From contig CACYWX010000001.1 in assembly GCA_902778205.1 (NCBI GenBank), positions 1-45,923 on the forward strand: a stretch of 45,923 nt of DNA. The letters are read 5' to 3'. Made by a program: the position numbers and the translations under genes. The notes below the pieces were generated by a model. The model did no database searches and had not been told where the DNA came from. It saw nothing but the letters and a program-made list of their open reading frames with translations. Shown here piece after piece: positions 1-8,426 of the stretch (positions within the stretch are counted from its first letter, which is position 1; each line of letters starts with the position of its first letter). The stretch comes from an uncultured Ruminococcus sp. (GTDB lineage Bacteria > Bacillota > Clostridia > Oscillospirales > CAG-272).

Positions 1-25
1 CGGAATCTGATTCGGTATGACCCGA

Positions 26-1627
26 TCAGACGTCTTCCTTGCCCATTCTCTTCTTGGTGACGAGCACAACGCCCGCGCCCACCGCCAGCAGGCCGCCGAC
101 GATGTAGAAGATCGTGGTACCGATACCACCGGTGGAGGGAAGGACGGTACCGGACTTGTTAATAACGACTTCCTGATGGAGTTCTTCAGATGTGATAGAA
201 GTGTCGGTTTCAGTATACTCTTCGTTCCAGCCTGTGATGTTGCCATCTTCGTCAGTAATGGGAGTAAACGTGTATTCACCGATCTGAGTAAGATCATTAC
301 CGGGAACGGTAATATCTTCAGCCTTGTTGTAACCGTCAGGAACCGTGATTTCTTTAAGAGTATATTCCCAACTCTGATCAAGACCAAGGACAGAGATCGT
401 GGTATTGGTCGTCATGTCGAGGGTTGTGACAGTTCCATCAGGAGAGTAAGTATAAGTACCGTCACCGTTATCGATGAAGGTAAGAGCAGCTCCGTTAGCC
501 CACAGTTCGAACTGAGCGCCCGGGAGGGGTTCTTCATTTTCATCAGTCTTCACGATCTGGAAACCGTAAGTATAGATGACAACCGGCGGGGGCGGGTTAG
601 GACCGGGGATTTCGTTCTTCGCAGGGGCAGTGGCAGCAGCCGCGAGGATAGTCGCATCGTACGTAACAACGATCGGAATCAGACCGTCCTCGGGAGCATC
701 ATAGATACTGTTGCCATTTTCATCAACCATGGGGATGGTGAGAGTAAAACCGCCATTACCGTCGCCGGCAGCCGTGAAATTCGTAATCTCCGTGCCATTC
801 ACCGTAACAACAATGGTCTCCGGGTCGACAAACATGCCGGTCGCGGTATCGGTGAATGTCCATTCCGTTGTAATTTCTGTGTCGGTGACTGTCTCGATAG
901 AACCTTCGGTTTCCTTTTCACCGGTCCAGTTCACAGCGTTAGCGGTAACTTCAAAAGTAACTACGCTTCCGACGTGCGCGTTGGCTTCAGTAACTTTATC
1001 CTGCTCTTCACCGTCGACTGCGATGATCTTCTTCTCGGGACCAGTGGGTTCTACGAAGTTCTTGTCATAGACTTCCGCAGAAGGAGCAACCGTAGTGATC
1101 GTGACTGCAGAACCAAGACTGGAGGTAATGTAGTAGTATCCGAAGTCAAGATTGTCGAAGGTCACAGTGCTGTTAGTCTCATCGAATTCGCCTTCAATGG
1201 GAGTTCCGCCGAATGCTGCGTAATTAGCCTTCATCCAGTCGATGATAGCACTTTCGTCAGCGTCTTCCAGAGCCCATACGCTTATGTTGCCATTGGCATC
1301 GGGTGCGCTCCATCCGAAGAGAGAAGAATCAAGAAGGTCTTCATTTTCAGCGGGAGTGGTGTAACTAACAGCGTCGCCGCTGTAGGTAGCATCGAAAATC
1401 TTGTAGGCCGTATAGGTGTGGCCCTTGGTAGCGTTCTGAATGACAATGGTGCCAGTAGTAGCGGCTTCTCCGCCATCACCTTCGCCTTCACCCTCAGTGG
1501 GTTCATTAACGACGGGCTCATTGGTTTCGTCGTCAATGCCATCACCATCAGCATCGACTGCCCACGCAGTCAGCCCGAGCCCGACGATCATCGTCAGCGC
1601 GAGCAGAATTGCAAGAATTTTTTTCAT
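26..1627 (-). CDS. LPXTG-anchored pilin/adhesin subunit (SpaA/CnaB-type isopeptide-domain fimbrial protein)
   Basis: ATG at 1627 starts a signal peptide (MKKILAILLALTMIVGLGLTAWA), so I prefer it to the upstream ATG at 1657. An acidic linker follows. SpaA/CnaB-like blocks are TYTAYKIFDA and YGFQIVKTDENEEPLPGAQFEL. There is a pilin-motif-like VYDKN (Lys codon 1061-1063) and an E-box-like YTLKEITVPDGY. The C-terminus has LPSTG (128-142), a hydrophobic stretch and a KKRMGK tail. GC is visibly lower than in the rest of the window. Confidence 0.85.
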   Translation of the reverse strand: MKKILAILLALTMIVGLGLTAWAVDADGDGIDDETNEPVVNEPTEGEGEGDGGEAATTGTIVIQNATKGHTYTAYKIFDATYSGDAVSYTTPAENEDLLDSSLFGWSAPDANGNISVWALEDADESAIIDWMKANYAAFGGTPIEGEFDETNSTVTFDNLDFGYYYITSSLGSAVTITTVAPSAEVYDKNFVEPTGPEKKIIAVDGEEQDKVTEANAHVGSVVTFEVTANAVNWTGEKETEGSIETVTDTEITTEWTFTDTATGMFVDPETIVVTVNGTEITNFTAAGDGNGGFTLTIPMVDENGNSIYDAPEDGLIPIVVTYDATILAAAATAPAKNEIPGPNPPPPVVIYTYGFQIVKTDENEEPLPGAQFELWANGAALTFIDNGDGTYTYSPDGTVTTLDMTTNTTISVLGLDQSWEYTLKEITVPDGYNKAEDITVPGNDLTQIGEYTFTPITDEDGNITGWNEEYTETDTSITSEELHQEVVINKSGTVLPSTGGIGTTIFYIVGGLLAVGAGVVLVTKKRMGKEDV

Positions 1628-1702
1628 TTCTGTTGTCCTTTCAAAGAAGTTTGACATTTGTCTTCATTCCCCGGCCGTTTACGCCGGAGAAATGACTGTA
1701 CC

Positions 1703-3292
1703 TCAGTTCAGGCCGGTCAGGACCTTCACGCGGCCGTGCTGTGTTTCGTCAGCCTCCGCTTCCAGTCTTTCCGCCGTGCCTTCCCGGCCCATCCGGTATA
1801 CCCAGATGGAACCGCTCTCGTCCAGGCCTTCCACCGTGATCTCCACGGGTCCTGCAGGAGTGATTTTCACGAGCTGCTTTTCCGCCGCTTCCGCGGGGAT
1901 CGGATCCTCAGGGACCGTCTCCTCATGCCAGACCGAAATATCCAGCCAGCGTACGCCGAGAGGCTTCGCGCCTTCGCTTTCCGCCGCGCCGGTCACATCC
2001 GCCTGACCCGCGTACTCGTCGGCATCGCGGATCATGAGCGTCAGCTCCTCGGCAGGATAGGGGAACGCGCCGGCAACACCGTTCAGCGTCGCTTTCACGC
2101 CGTCCTCCGTCTCCGCGTACAGTGTCACGGTGGCGTTGGGATCGGCAAGCGGCACCGGAGCCTCGGGGATCGTTTCCTCAGCCGGATTGGCTGAAGTCTG
2201 GGCTTCCAGCGTCACGTAGTCGGGATTCTGAGGCAGGACCAGGTACCCGGTCAGCTTATCGCTGTCGAAGAGAACCGTCTCCTCCTCAACCGGTTTCCCG
2301 GTTCCGCCGGAGATCATGTCGAAGCCGTCTTCCCGGATCTCGGTCACGATCGCAACCCGATCCGCGAGGCCGTCCGCGTTGTCGTCGAAGAACGCAAGGT
2401 CGCCGCGTGCGGGAAGTCCGTCCTTCTCCATCCAGAATCCCTGCGTTTTTGCGGAGTTCATCCAGTTCGACGGGACAGGATCCGTCGGGACGTTCCAGAC
2501 GCCTGCGTAGTGCAGACAGAACATGACATACAGTCCGTTCCAGCCGGAATAGCGGGTGCCGTTCCAGTCGCCGTAGCGGGTGTATCCGTGGCGCACGTTG
2601 TATTCGTCCGTCACAAAGTTCCGCTCACTCTCCGCATAGCCGATCTGACTCCGGGCTATGGCCACAAGGTCATCCGCCCAGACCCCGGTCAGCTCTACGT
2701 TGCAGAAGGTGGATTCCCAGTCAAGGTCGATTTCGACGTCCGCGTGGGGATCGCCCGTCAGCTTCGGGAAGCATTCGTCCGTATGCACATGGGCGGTCAG
2801 GCCGCACGTGTAAACGGTTTCTTCCATGGTGCAAAACTCGTTGTGAACGTGTCCGGCACCTTCCTCCGGCTGACAGACGAACACAGGCGTTTTCACGTAG
2901 CATTCGTCCGTGTGAACGTGCTCCGGATCGTCCTCAAGGCCGCAGACGCAGGTCTCTTCCCACGCTATGCAGTCCTCGGTGTGCTCGTGAACCGTCCCTT
3001 CCGGGATCGTACAGACGAGAACGGGCTGAACCGCATAGCAGGCTTCGCCGTGGACATGGCCTTCGCACTCCTCCAGAGGACAGATCGTCTTCTGTACGAC
3101 TTCGATACACGCCTCTGAATGCTCATGCTCCTCCAACCCGCACACAGGCTCGTATTCCTGTGTGGTCGCCGGGTTGATCAGCATGATCACGGTAAGGAAC
3201 GCCACGGTGAGGGAGAGAAAAGCGATGATTCCCTTACGGGGGTTTCCCCGCTCACGGGCCAGGACAACGTCCGGACTTATTCTGATATCCAA
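1703..3292 (-). CDS. Membrane-anchored protein: N-terminal TM helix, six Cys/His repeats, degenerate CHAP (NlpC/P60-like) domain, C-terminal Ig-like region
   Basis: TTG start at 3292 lies 10 nt after a strong AAAGGAGG. A TM segment (GIIAFLSLTVAFLTVIMLI) is followed by the repeats listed separately. The CHAP-like block is IARSQIGYAE...YTRYGDWNG...WNGLYVMFCLHYAG...GDLAFFD...DRVAIVTEI. The stop is TGA. Confidence 0.7.
   Translation of the reverse strand: MDIRISPDVVLARERGNPRKGIIAFLSLTVAFLTVIMLINPATTQEYEPVCGLEEHEHSEACIEVVQKTICPLEECEGHVHGEACYAVQPVLVCTIPEGTVHEHTEDCIAWEETCVCGLEDDPEHVHTDECYVKTPVFVCQPEEGAGHVHNEFCTMEETVYTCGLTAHVHTDECFPKLTGDPHADVEIDLDWESTFCNVELTGVWADDLVAIARSQIGYAESERNFVTDEYNVRHGYTRYGDWNGTRYSGWNGLYVMFCLHYAGVWNVPTDPVPSNWMNSAKTQGFWMEKDGLPARGDLAFFDDNADGLADRVAIVTEIREDGFDMISGGTGKPVEEETVLFDSDKLTGYLVLPQNPDYVTLEAQTSANPAEETIPEAPVPLADPNATVTLYAETEDGVKATLNGVAGAFPYPAEELTLMIRDADEYAGQADVTGAAESEGAKPLGVRWLDISVWHEETVPEDPIPAEAAEKQLVKITPAGPVEITVEGLDESGSIWVYRMGREGTAERLEAEADETQHGRVKVLTGLN
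2768..3142 (-). repeat. Six tandem ~23-aa coding repeats of pattern C-x(3-8)-H-x-H-x(2,3)-C-(Y/I/F/T)
   Basis: Residues 51-175 read CGLEEHEHSEAC / CPLEECEGHVHGEAC / CTIPEGTVHEHTEDC / CGLEDDPEHVHTDEC / CQPEEGAGHVHNEFC / CGLTAHVHTDEC. Confidence 0.85.
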
Positions 3293-3319
3293 ATCGGAGT
3301 TTCCTCCTTTCTTCCAGAA

Positions 3320-4195
3320 TTATATACCAACGGCAGCAGGTTCCCCTGCGCCGACGGTTTCAGGTTGACGCTCCGTCCTCTGTTCCTCATAGTACTGCCG
3401 GAGGAAGTCGATGTGCATCTCTTCCCCGCGCTGTCTTGCCTTGACGGCGTCCAGCTTGTTGGCATAGCTTCCGAGGTAGAAGTACTGCCCCTTGAAACGG
3501 ATCTCCGCGACCCATTTGCCGCGCCTCTGGTTGAAGTAGACGCCGGTGCAGCCGCTGGTGTTGTTCGCGTTGATCCGGTTCAGATTCGATTCCAGTCTTG
3601 TGACGGATGTTCCCTCCACAAGCTTCAGCGTTTCAAGGATCGCGGCGGTCTGGAGGCATCCGCAGCTTCTGGTTCTTCCCTCGAGGAGACGGGTCTGTCC
3701 GACGACGGTTTCCTTGCCGCAGTCGCAGACGCACCGCCACTGATGCATTCCTTCCTGCTTCCCCGCGTATTCCGTCACCGTCAGATTACCGAACCGCTTT
3801 CCGATCCAGTCCTTGAGCGGAGGCCGGGATTTGCACCCGCAGCTCACGCGGTATCCGGCGGTCAGCTGATGCAGGGGAGCATCCACTTCTCCGCCGCAGT
3901 CGCAACGGCAATGCCAGATCACGGATTCCATCTTTTTGTCCACGCCGACAGGCCGAAGCGCCGTCAGCAGTCCGAACCGCATCCCGGTGACGTCTTTCTG
4001 TCTGGGAGAGACCCGGCTTTGGCATCCGCAGTCCTTCACTGTTTCGCGCTGAAGGCAGCGGGTGTCCAGCAGCTTTTCACCGCCGCAGTCGCAGCGGCAT
4101 CTCCAGACGGTATAACCGCCCTTCCGCTCAGCCGTCGCTTCCGCCACGGTCAGCATCCCGACGCGGGTCCCGATTCCGATCTTGTTCACTGCCAT
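3320..4195 (-). CDS. AP2/ERF-like DNA-binding protein with three N-terminal Cys-rich (zinc-ribbon-like) modules
   Basis: I prefer the ATG at 4195 (GGTGGA upstream); the track's longer ORF starts at a TTG (4225). There are three ~55-aa repeats, each G-x-L-T-V...W-x-C-x-C-D-C-G...(S/D)-C-G-C (about 3656-4174). The AP2-like block is GVYFNQRRGKWVAEIRFKGQYFYLGSYANKLDAVKARQ (about 3413-3556). Confidence 0.75.
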   Translation of the reverse strand: MAVNKIGIGTRVGMLTVAEATAERKGGYTVWRCRCDCGGEKLLDTRCLQRETVKDCGCQSRVSPRQKDVTGMRFGLLTALRPVGVDKKMESVIWHCRCDCGGEVDAPLHQLTAGYRVSCGCKSRPPLKDWIGKRFGNLTVTEYAGKQEGMHQWRCVCDCGKETVVGQTRLLEGRTRSCGCLQTAAILETLKLVEGTSVTRLESNLNRINANNTSGCTGVYFNQRRGKWVAEIRFKGQYFYLGSYANKLDAVKARQRGEEMHIDFLRQYYEEQRTERQPETVGAGEPAAVGI

Positions 4196-4223
4196 TGTTC
4201 CACCGTCTTTCCCATATCCAGGC

Positions 4224-4242
4224 AAATCCCTTGAAATCCCTT
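4224..4242. repeat. Tandem 9-mer AAATCCCTT-g-AAATCCCTT (AAGGGATTT x2 on the minus strand) in the AP2 gene leader
   Basis: Exact 9-nt copies at 4224-4232 and 4234-4242, which is 29-47 nt upstream of the ATG at 4195. Confidence 0.7.
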
Positions 4243-4290
4243 TGTTTCAGGCACTTCCGGGACATTTCCCGCTGCCCGGGGAACGAGAAA

Positions 4291-4313
4291 AAGCATCACT
4301 TAAGCACACCTTA
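4291..4313. repeat. Copy 1 of a 23-nt direct repeat (aagcatcacttaagcacacctta)
   Basis: Matches 4441-4463 at 18/23 positions, and all 5 differences are transitions. The spacing is exactly 150 nt. Both copies lie upstream of the AP2 gene. Confidence 0.6.
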
Positions 4314-4440
4314 ATCCGAACCGCTGTCATCGTCTTTGCGCACGAACATTTCGGGACTCTTTATACGGGTATCATTTTATCACAAACCCGTCACCTTGTC
4401 AAGGGTGAACTGAAAATTTATTCCAATGTATTCCAGCTAC

Positions 4441-4463
4441 AAGCGTTACTTAAGTGTACCTTA
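4441..4463. repeat. Copy 2 of the 23-nt direct repeat (aagcgttacttaagtgtacctta)
   Basis: See copy 1. This copy contains the 8-nt palindrome ACTTAAGT. Confidence 0.6.
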
Positions 4464-4655
4464 GTTTACAGCTTCTTCCCCCGTTTTTCAAGCCCGGAAG
4501 CATGAAGTGCAAATTTTCCGCACGAACAGCCTCTCCCCGGTTATCCGCGCTCACGGATCAGAACCGGTGTTTTCCTCCCTTCTGCCCCGAATACAACTCA
4601 GGCTTTCGGAATGTTGCAGCGTTCCGGGATTTTTTATTTTTCCGGAAATCGATCC

Positions 4656-5206
<551 letters not shown>

Positions 5207-5466
5207 CTATATTTTCAACCATGCCCGCCGGTGATGTTGAAATTATACGCTTGTCCCGCAATAAGCACAGCATAAGCGATGAATTTATTTCAAATCATTG
5301 AGCAATTCGGCGCCATAGCACATCATAGCTTTTACCAGTATTTATATAAGCTTTTTTAAAACAACTTCAATACTAATCGTTTTTTGCGTTTTTCTTTATT
5401 GCGGGCAATCCTGTTTAGCACACGTTCGGGCGATTCGCCAGGGCACGGCATTTTCACCATCTTCAA

Positions 5467-5495
5467 TTATATCACATAGTGTTTGGTATTTCAAT
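5467..5495 (-). promoter_or_regulatory. Sigma-A-type promoter TTGAAA-N17-TATAAT inside the AT-rich scrap
   Basis: The -35 is at 5490-5495 and the -10 at 5467-5472 (minus strand), with an exact 17-nt spacer. It points toward the recombinase remnant, and an ATG follows only 5 nt after the -10. Confidence 0.45.
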
Positions 5496-5963
5496 ACCGG
5501 TAAGAACTATGTTGGGGGAGTGCTAAAAAACGATTCTTTTCGATAAGCTGCCCAAGAAGAACAATGTCCATGTCCGACATTGCGTACGGACAGCACGCAG
5601 AGCCCGCGCGGCTGACCGGGAATTCCGTGCAGGTGCTGCTGACTCCGCAAGGGCAGACGGAGCGTCTTCGGGGATGCCGCAGAAGGAGAATGGGGCTATC
5701 GCATAAACTTCAGAAATGGAGAAATGCGACAGCCCCATCCGTCAGGCATATACAGGTTCGGTCGGGACGACTTCCCCGGCTCTGTCGTAAACAGAGCTGC
5801 GCCGTCTGACCCGTTCCATCCGATCGGAGGCATTGAGCGCTTCGGTCACGCCCTCATTCCTCATTACGGCGTCCTCGACGGTTTCCGGACATTCTCCGCA
5901 GGAACGGTCGATCCCGGAAACAGGCCGATCAAAACCTTGCATGAGTTTAAAGTGAGGTACGCC

Positions 5964-7568
5964 TCACTGCTTCTCGAGAACGCTTCTGTCGAGGACGCCG
6001 GACCGGTCCGCCTCCAGCACCAGCTCCATCTGAAGCATCGCCTGGTTGAGGGGCGCGGTGACGAAGCCGAAGAGGATGTCCACCGCCATGGCTGTGGTGA
6101 GCGCGTCCTCCGGGATCCCCAATTGGGCGAAAATCACGGCGTAGGACAGAAGGCCGATCCCCGTCACCGGCGGGCTGGCCGCCTGAAGCGTCACGGTCAG
6201 AAGCACCGCCATGACGAGCCAGAAGGGCGACACCTCCGCGCCGGACGCCGCCGCCTCATAGAGGATCACGATCATGGACGCCACGGTCCCGGCGGGCATG
6301 TAAATCAAGAGTCCCAGCGGGAGCCCGGCCTTCGTCAGCGTCCGTCCGATCCCCAGCCGCCGCTCGCAGCAGAGCTGGTTGGCGCCGTAGGCGGAATTAA
6401 CCGAGCCCGTCCGGAGCGCCGTCAGAAACGACTCCCGCATCTTCCCCACCAGAACCGCCGGGGAGATTTTTTCCTTTCCGGACACCAGCAGCAGCTGGAG
6501 GAGAAAGAGCGCGCCGCAGAGGACAAAGAACAAGAGGACCGGCTTCCACAGCGAAAGCAGAGGGGACAGGGACTCGGACCAGATCCCGAAGATCAGAAGC
6601 AGTGACACGAAGAACGGCGTCACCCTGCCCACCCAGTCCGCCACCAGAAGGCCCGTCGTGCTGAGCTGATCCACCAGGGCCACCAGACCGCCGGACTGCT
6701 GCCCCGCCGTCAGAAAGGCGTGTCCCAGCACCAGCGCGATCAGGATCAGCTGGGGCGAGTCGCCGGAGATCATGGGGGATAGAATGTCCGTGGGAATGAT
6801 GCGGATGAGGAAGTCGAGCAGCCCCTGGATCCCTCCTCCCGCGGCGGCTCCCGACACCGGACGGAACAGCCGGTACGACACCGCTGCCGTCACAAGGGTC
6901 ATAAGGGAGATGCTCAGCAGAAAGCGCAGGATCAGCCTCCTCCCCTCCCTGCTCATGGCCGCCGCGTTCCCGACCCCGCAGACCGCCGCCAGGACGGAGA
7001 AAAACACGATGGGTCCGCCGGCGGTGTTCAGAATCCGCAGAAAGGCGTTCCGGACCGGCTGGAAAACCGCGGTCAGCACCGTGTCCTGAGCGGCCTCCGG
7101 AAGCAGAAGATCCCCGAGAAGCCCCGCCAGGAGCCCGATCCCTACGGCGATGCCCAGCGTGACGGCGGGATGGAGCTGTCTCCGCTTCAGCCGCAGCTGG
7201 ACGGTGTTGGTGTTGTGCCGATAGGTGTAGACCGGATTCAGGCCGATCCCGTTCAGAAGGTTGTCCGCCCACGCGCCGAGATCGTTTTCCGCGCTGGTCA
7301 GGGGATCGTAGTTGTCCCCCGTCAGCTCCATGGTGACCGTGGGTCTGCCGAGCCGCTCCCCGGCGCTGATCCGGACCCGCTCCTCCTCGCCGAAGTGATC
7401 CCGCCAGCGCAGAAGGGCCTCCTCCAGCGACAGCCGGATCCGGAGAAGCTCGGTGCGCTCCGTCCGGAGTCCCCGGAGATAGTCCCCGATGCGGGCGGAG
7501 ATCTCCTCGATGGCCTCCGCGCTCAGAGGGTACTCGCCCCGCCATGCGCTCCTGTCCTGCTTGTCCAT
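5964..7568 (-). CDS. Divergent DAACS (GltP/SLC1)-fold membrane protein with a ~130-aa cytosolic N-terminal domain
   Basis: I chose the ATG at 7568 (MDKQDRS) because the upstream gene stops at 7597. The first ~130 aa have no TM segment. The rest is a multi-pass region with DAACS-like blocks: LTALRTGSVNSAYGANQ, GLPLGLLIYMPAGTVASM, LQAASPPVTGIGLL and AVDILFGFVTAPLNQ. Confidence 0.7.
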   Translation of the reverse strand: MDKQDRSAWRGEYPLSAEAIEEISARIGDYLRGLRTERTELLRIRLSLEEALLRWRDHFGEEERVRISAGERLGRPTVTMELTGDNYDPLTSAENDLGAWADNLLNGIGLNPVYTYRHNTNTVQLRLKRRQLHPAVTLGIAVGIGLLAGLLGDLLLPEAAQDTVLTAVFQPVRNAFLRILNTAGGPIVFFSVLAAVCGVGNAAAMSREGRRLILRFLLSISLMTLVTAAVSYRLFRPVSGAAAGGGIQGLLDFLIRIIPTDILSPMISGDSPQLILIALVLGHAFLTAGQQSGGLVALVDQLSTTGLLVADWVGRVTPFFVSLLLIFGIWSESLSPLLSLWKPVLLFFVLCGALFLLQLLLVSGKEKISPAVLVGKMRESFLTALRTGSVNSAYGANQLCCERRLGIGRTLTKAGLPLGLLIYMPAGTVASMIVILYEAAASGAEVSPFWLVMAVLLTVTLQAASPPVTGIGLLSYAVIFAQLGIPEDALTTAMAVDILFGFVTAPLNQAMLQMELVLEADRSGVLDRSVLEKQ

Positions 7569-7596
7569 GTACTTCTTCTCCCCGTTGAATCGCCCC

Positions 7597-8388
7597 TCAG
7601 GACCGGCCGTCGTCCTCCATCGGCAGATACCGCTCGTACAGCAGCTTCGCGAATTCACAGCTGGTGTAGGCAGCGAACTTCTGGTACTGGTCCGATTTCT
7701 CGCTGTTGGCGTAGTCGCAGACGCTCTTCACGATCAGCGGCACCGGACGGGGATCCCGGCTGTGAAGGGCCGCGTAGACCACCGCGTAGGACTCCATGTC
7801 CAGTCCCATGGTGTCCTTGAACTGGGAGTGCACCTGCTTTTCCAGCACCTGCCGGTTCGCCACTACCGTACTGCCGCAGGCCATGGGTCCGATCTGGACG
7901 TGGCACTGGTTCTCCGCCGATTCCGCCGCCGCCCGCACGTATTCCAGCACATGCTCCGGCACGGCGACCTTCGTGGACCGGGGCAGAAAGCCCACGTCGC
8001 CGTAGGTGATGTACGCGGCGTCCGGACTCACGAATTTCCCCACGGCGTAATTCCAGACCACGTCCGGCACGATCACGTCCCCGTAAATCTGCTCCGCCAC
8101 GTCGGACAGGGCCACGCCCGCCGCGATCCCCACCATGATGATGTACCGCGGGCAGAAGTTGTAAATGACCTTCATGGAGCAGGAGGCCGCCGCCGTCATC
8201 CCCATCTCCCCGATCCTCGCGTGAACGATGGTGTACTCCTTCCCGTCCCGCCGGAACGACGCTCTTTCGTAGGGCTGATCGTCCCCGGGTATGCGGAAGG
8301 GCTCCCAGTCGCAGAAATGCAGGACCGCCCGGTATTCCGTATCGGTCACGGACAAAAGAACCACGTCGCATCGATTTGTACTGTCCAT
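7597..8388 (-). CDS. PNP_UDP_1-family nucleosidase/phosphorylase-like protein (MTA/SAH-nucleosidase fold, NLR/STAND-effector-like subtype)
   Basis: Motifs are VVLLSVTDTEY, IIMVGIAAGV, GLDMESYAV and SVCDYANSEKSDQYQKFAAYTSCEFAKLL. A GGAGAGG RBS precedes the ATG at 8388. Confidence 0.75.
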   Translation of the reverse strand: MDSTNRCDVVLLSVTDTEYRAVLHFCDWEPFRIPGDDQPYERASFRRDGKEYTIVHARIGEMGMTAAASCSMKVIYNFCPRYIIMVGIAAGVALSDVAEQIYGDVIVPDVVWNYAVGKFVSPDAAYITYGDVGFLPRSTKVAVPEHVLEYVRAAAESAENQCHVQIGPMACGSTVVANRQVLEKQVHSQFKDTMGLDMESYAVVYAALHSRDPRPVPLIVKSVCDYANSEKSDQYQKFAAYTSCEFAKLLYERYLPMEDDGRS

Positions 8389-8426
8389 AAAGCCTCTCCA
8401 GCCTGCCTGTCGGGATATGATACCTC

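Noticed and set aside
17-1654. A 545-aa plus-strand ORF covering the whole lower-GC pilin gene.
   Set aside because: It is in the same in-register antisense frame as the other long antisense ORFs. It stays open only because the pilin gene lacks TTA, CTA and TCA codons. The translated sequence has no protein-like features, whereas the minus-strand product has a full pilin architecture.
5357-5461. A 34-aa basic ORF (MVKMPCPGESPERVLNRIARNKEKRKKRLVLKLF) directly behind the consensus promoter in the AT-rich scrap.
   Set aside because: The ATG lies only 5 nt after the -10, so the mRNA would have to be leaderless. There is no RBS and no recognisable family. It is too short to support without expression or conservation data.
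5523-5942. Two small same-frame ORFs (66 aa and 71 aa) just downstream of the DAACS-like gene, separated by one stop. There is also a 13-bp hairpin at 5692-5736.
   Set aside because: There is no Shine-Dalgarno sequence, the composition is junk-like (Ala/Arg/Ser), and no domain pattern is visible. The hairpin lacks a T tract. This is probably decayed DNA, and I cannot support a gene call.
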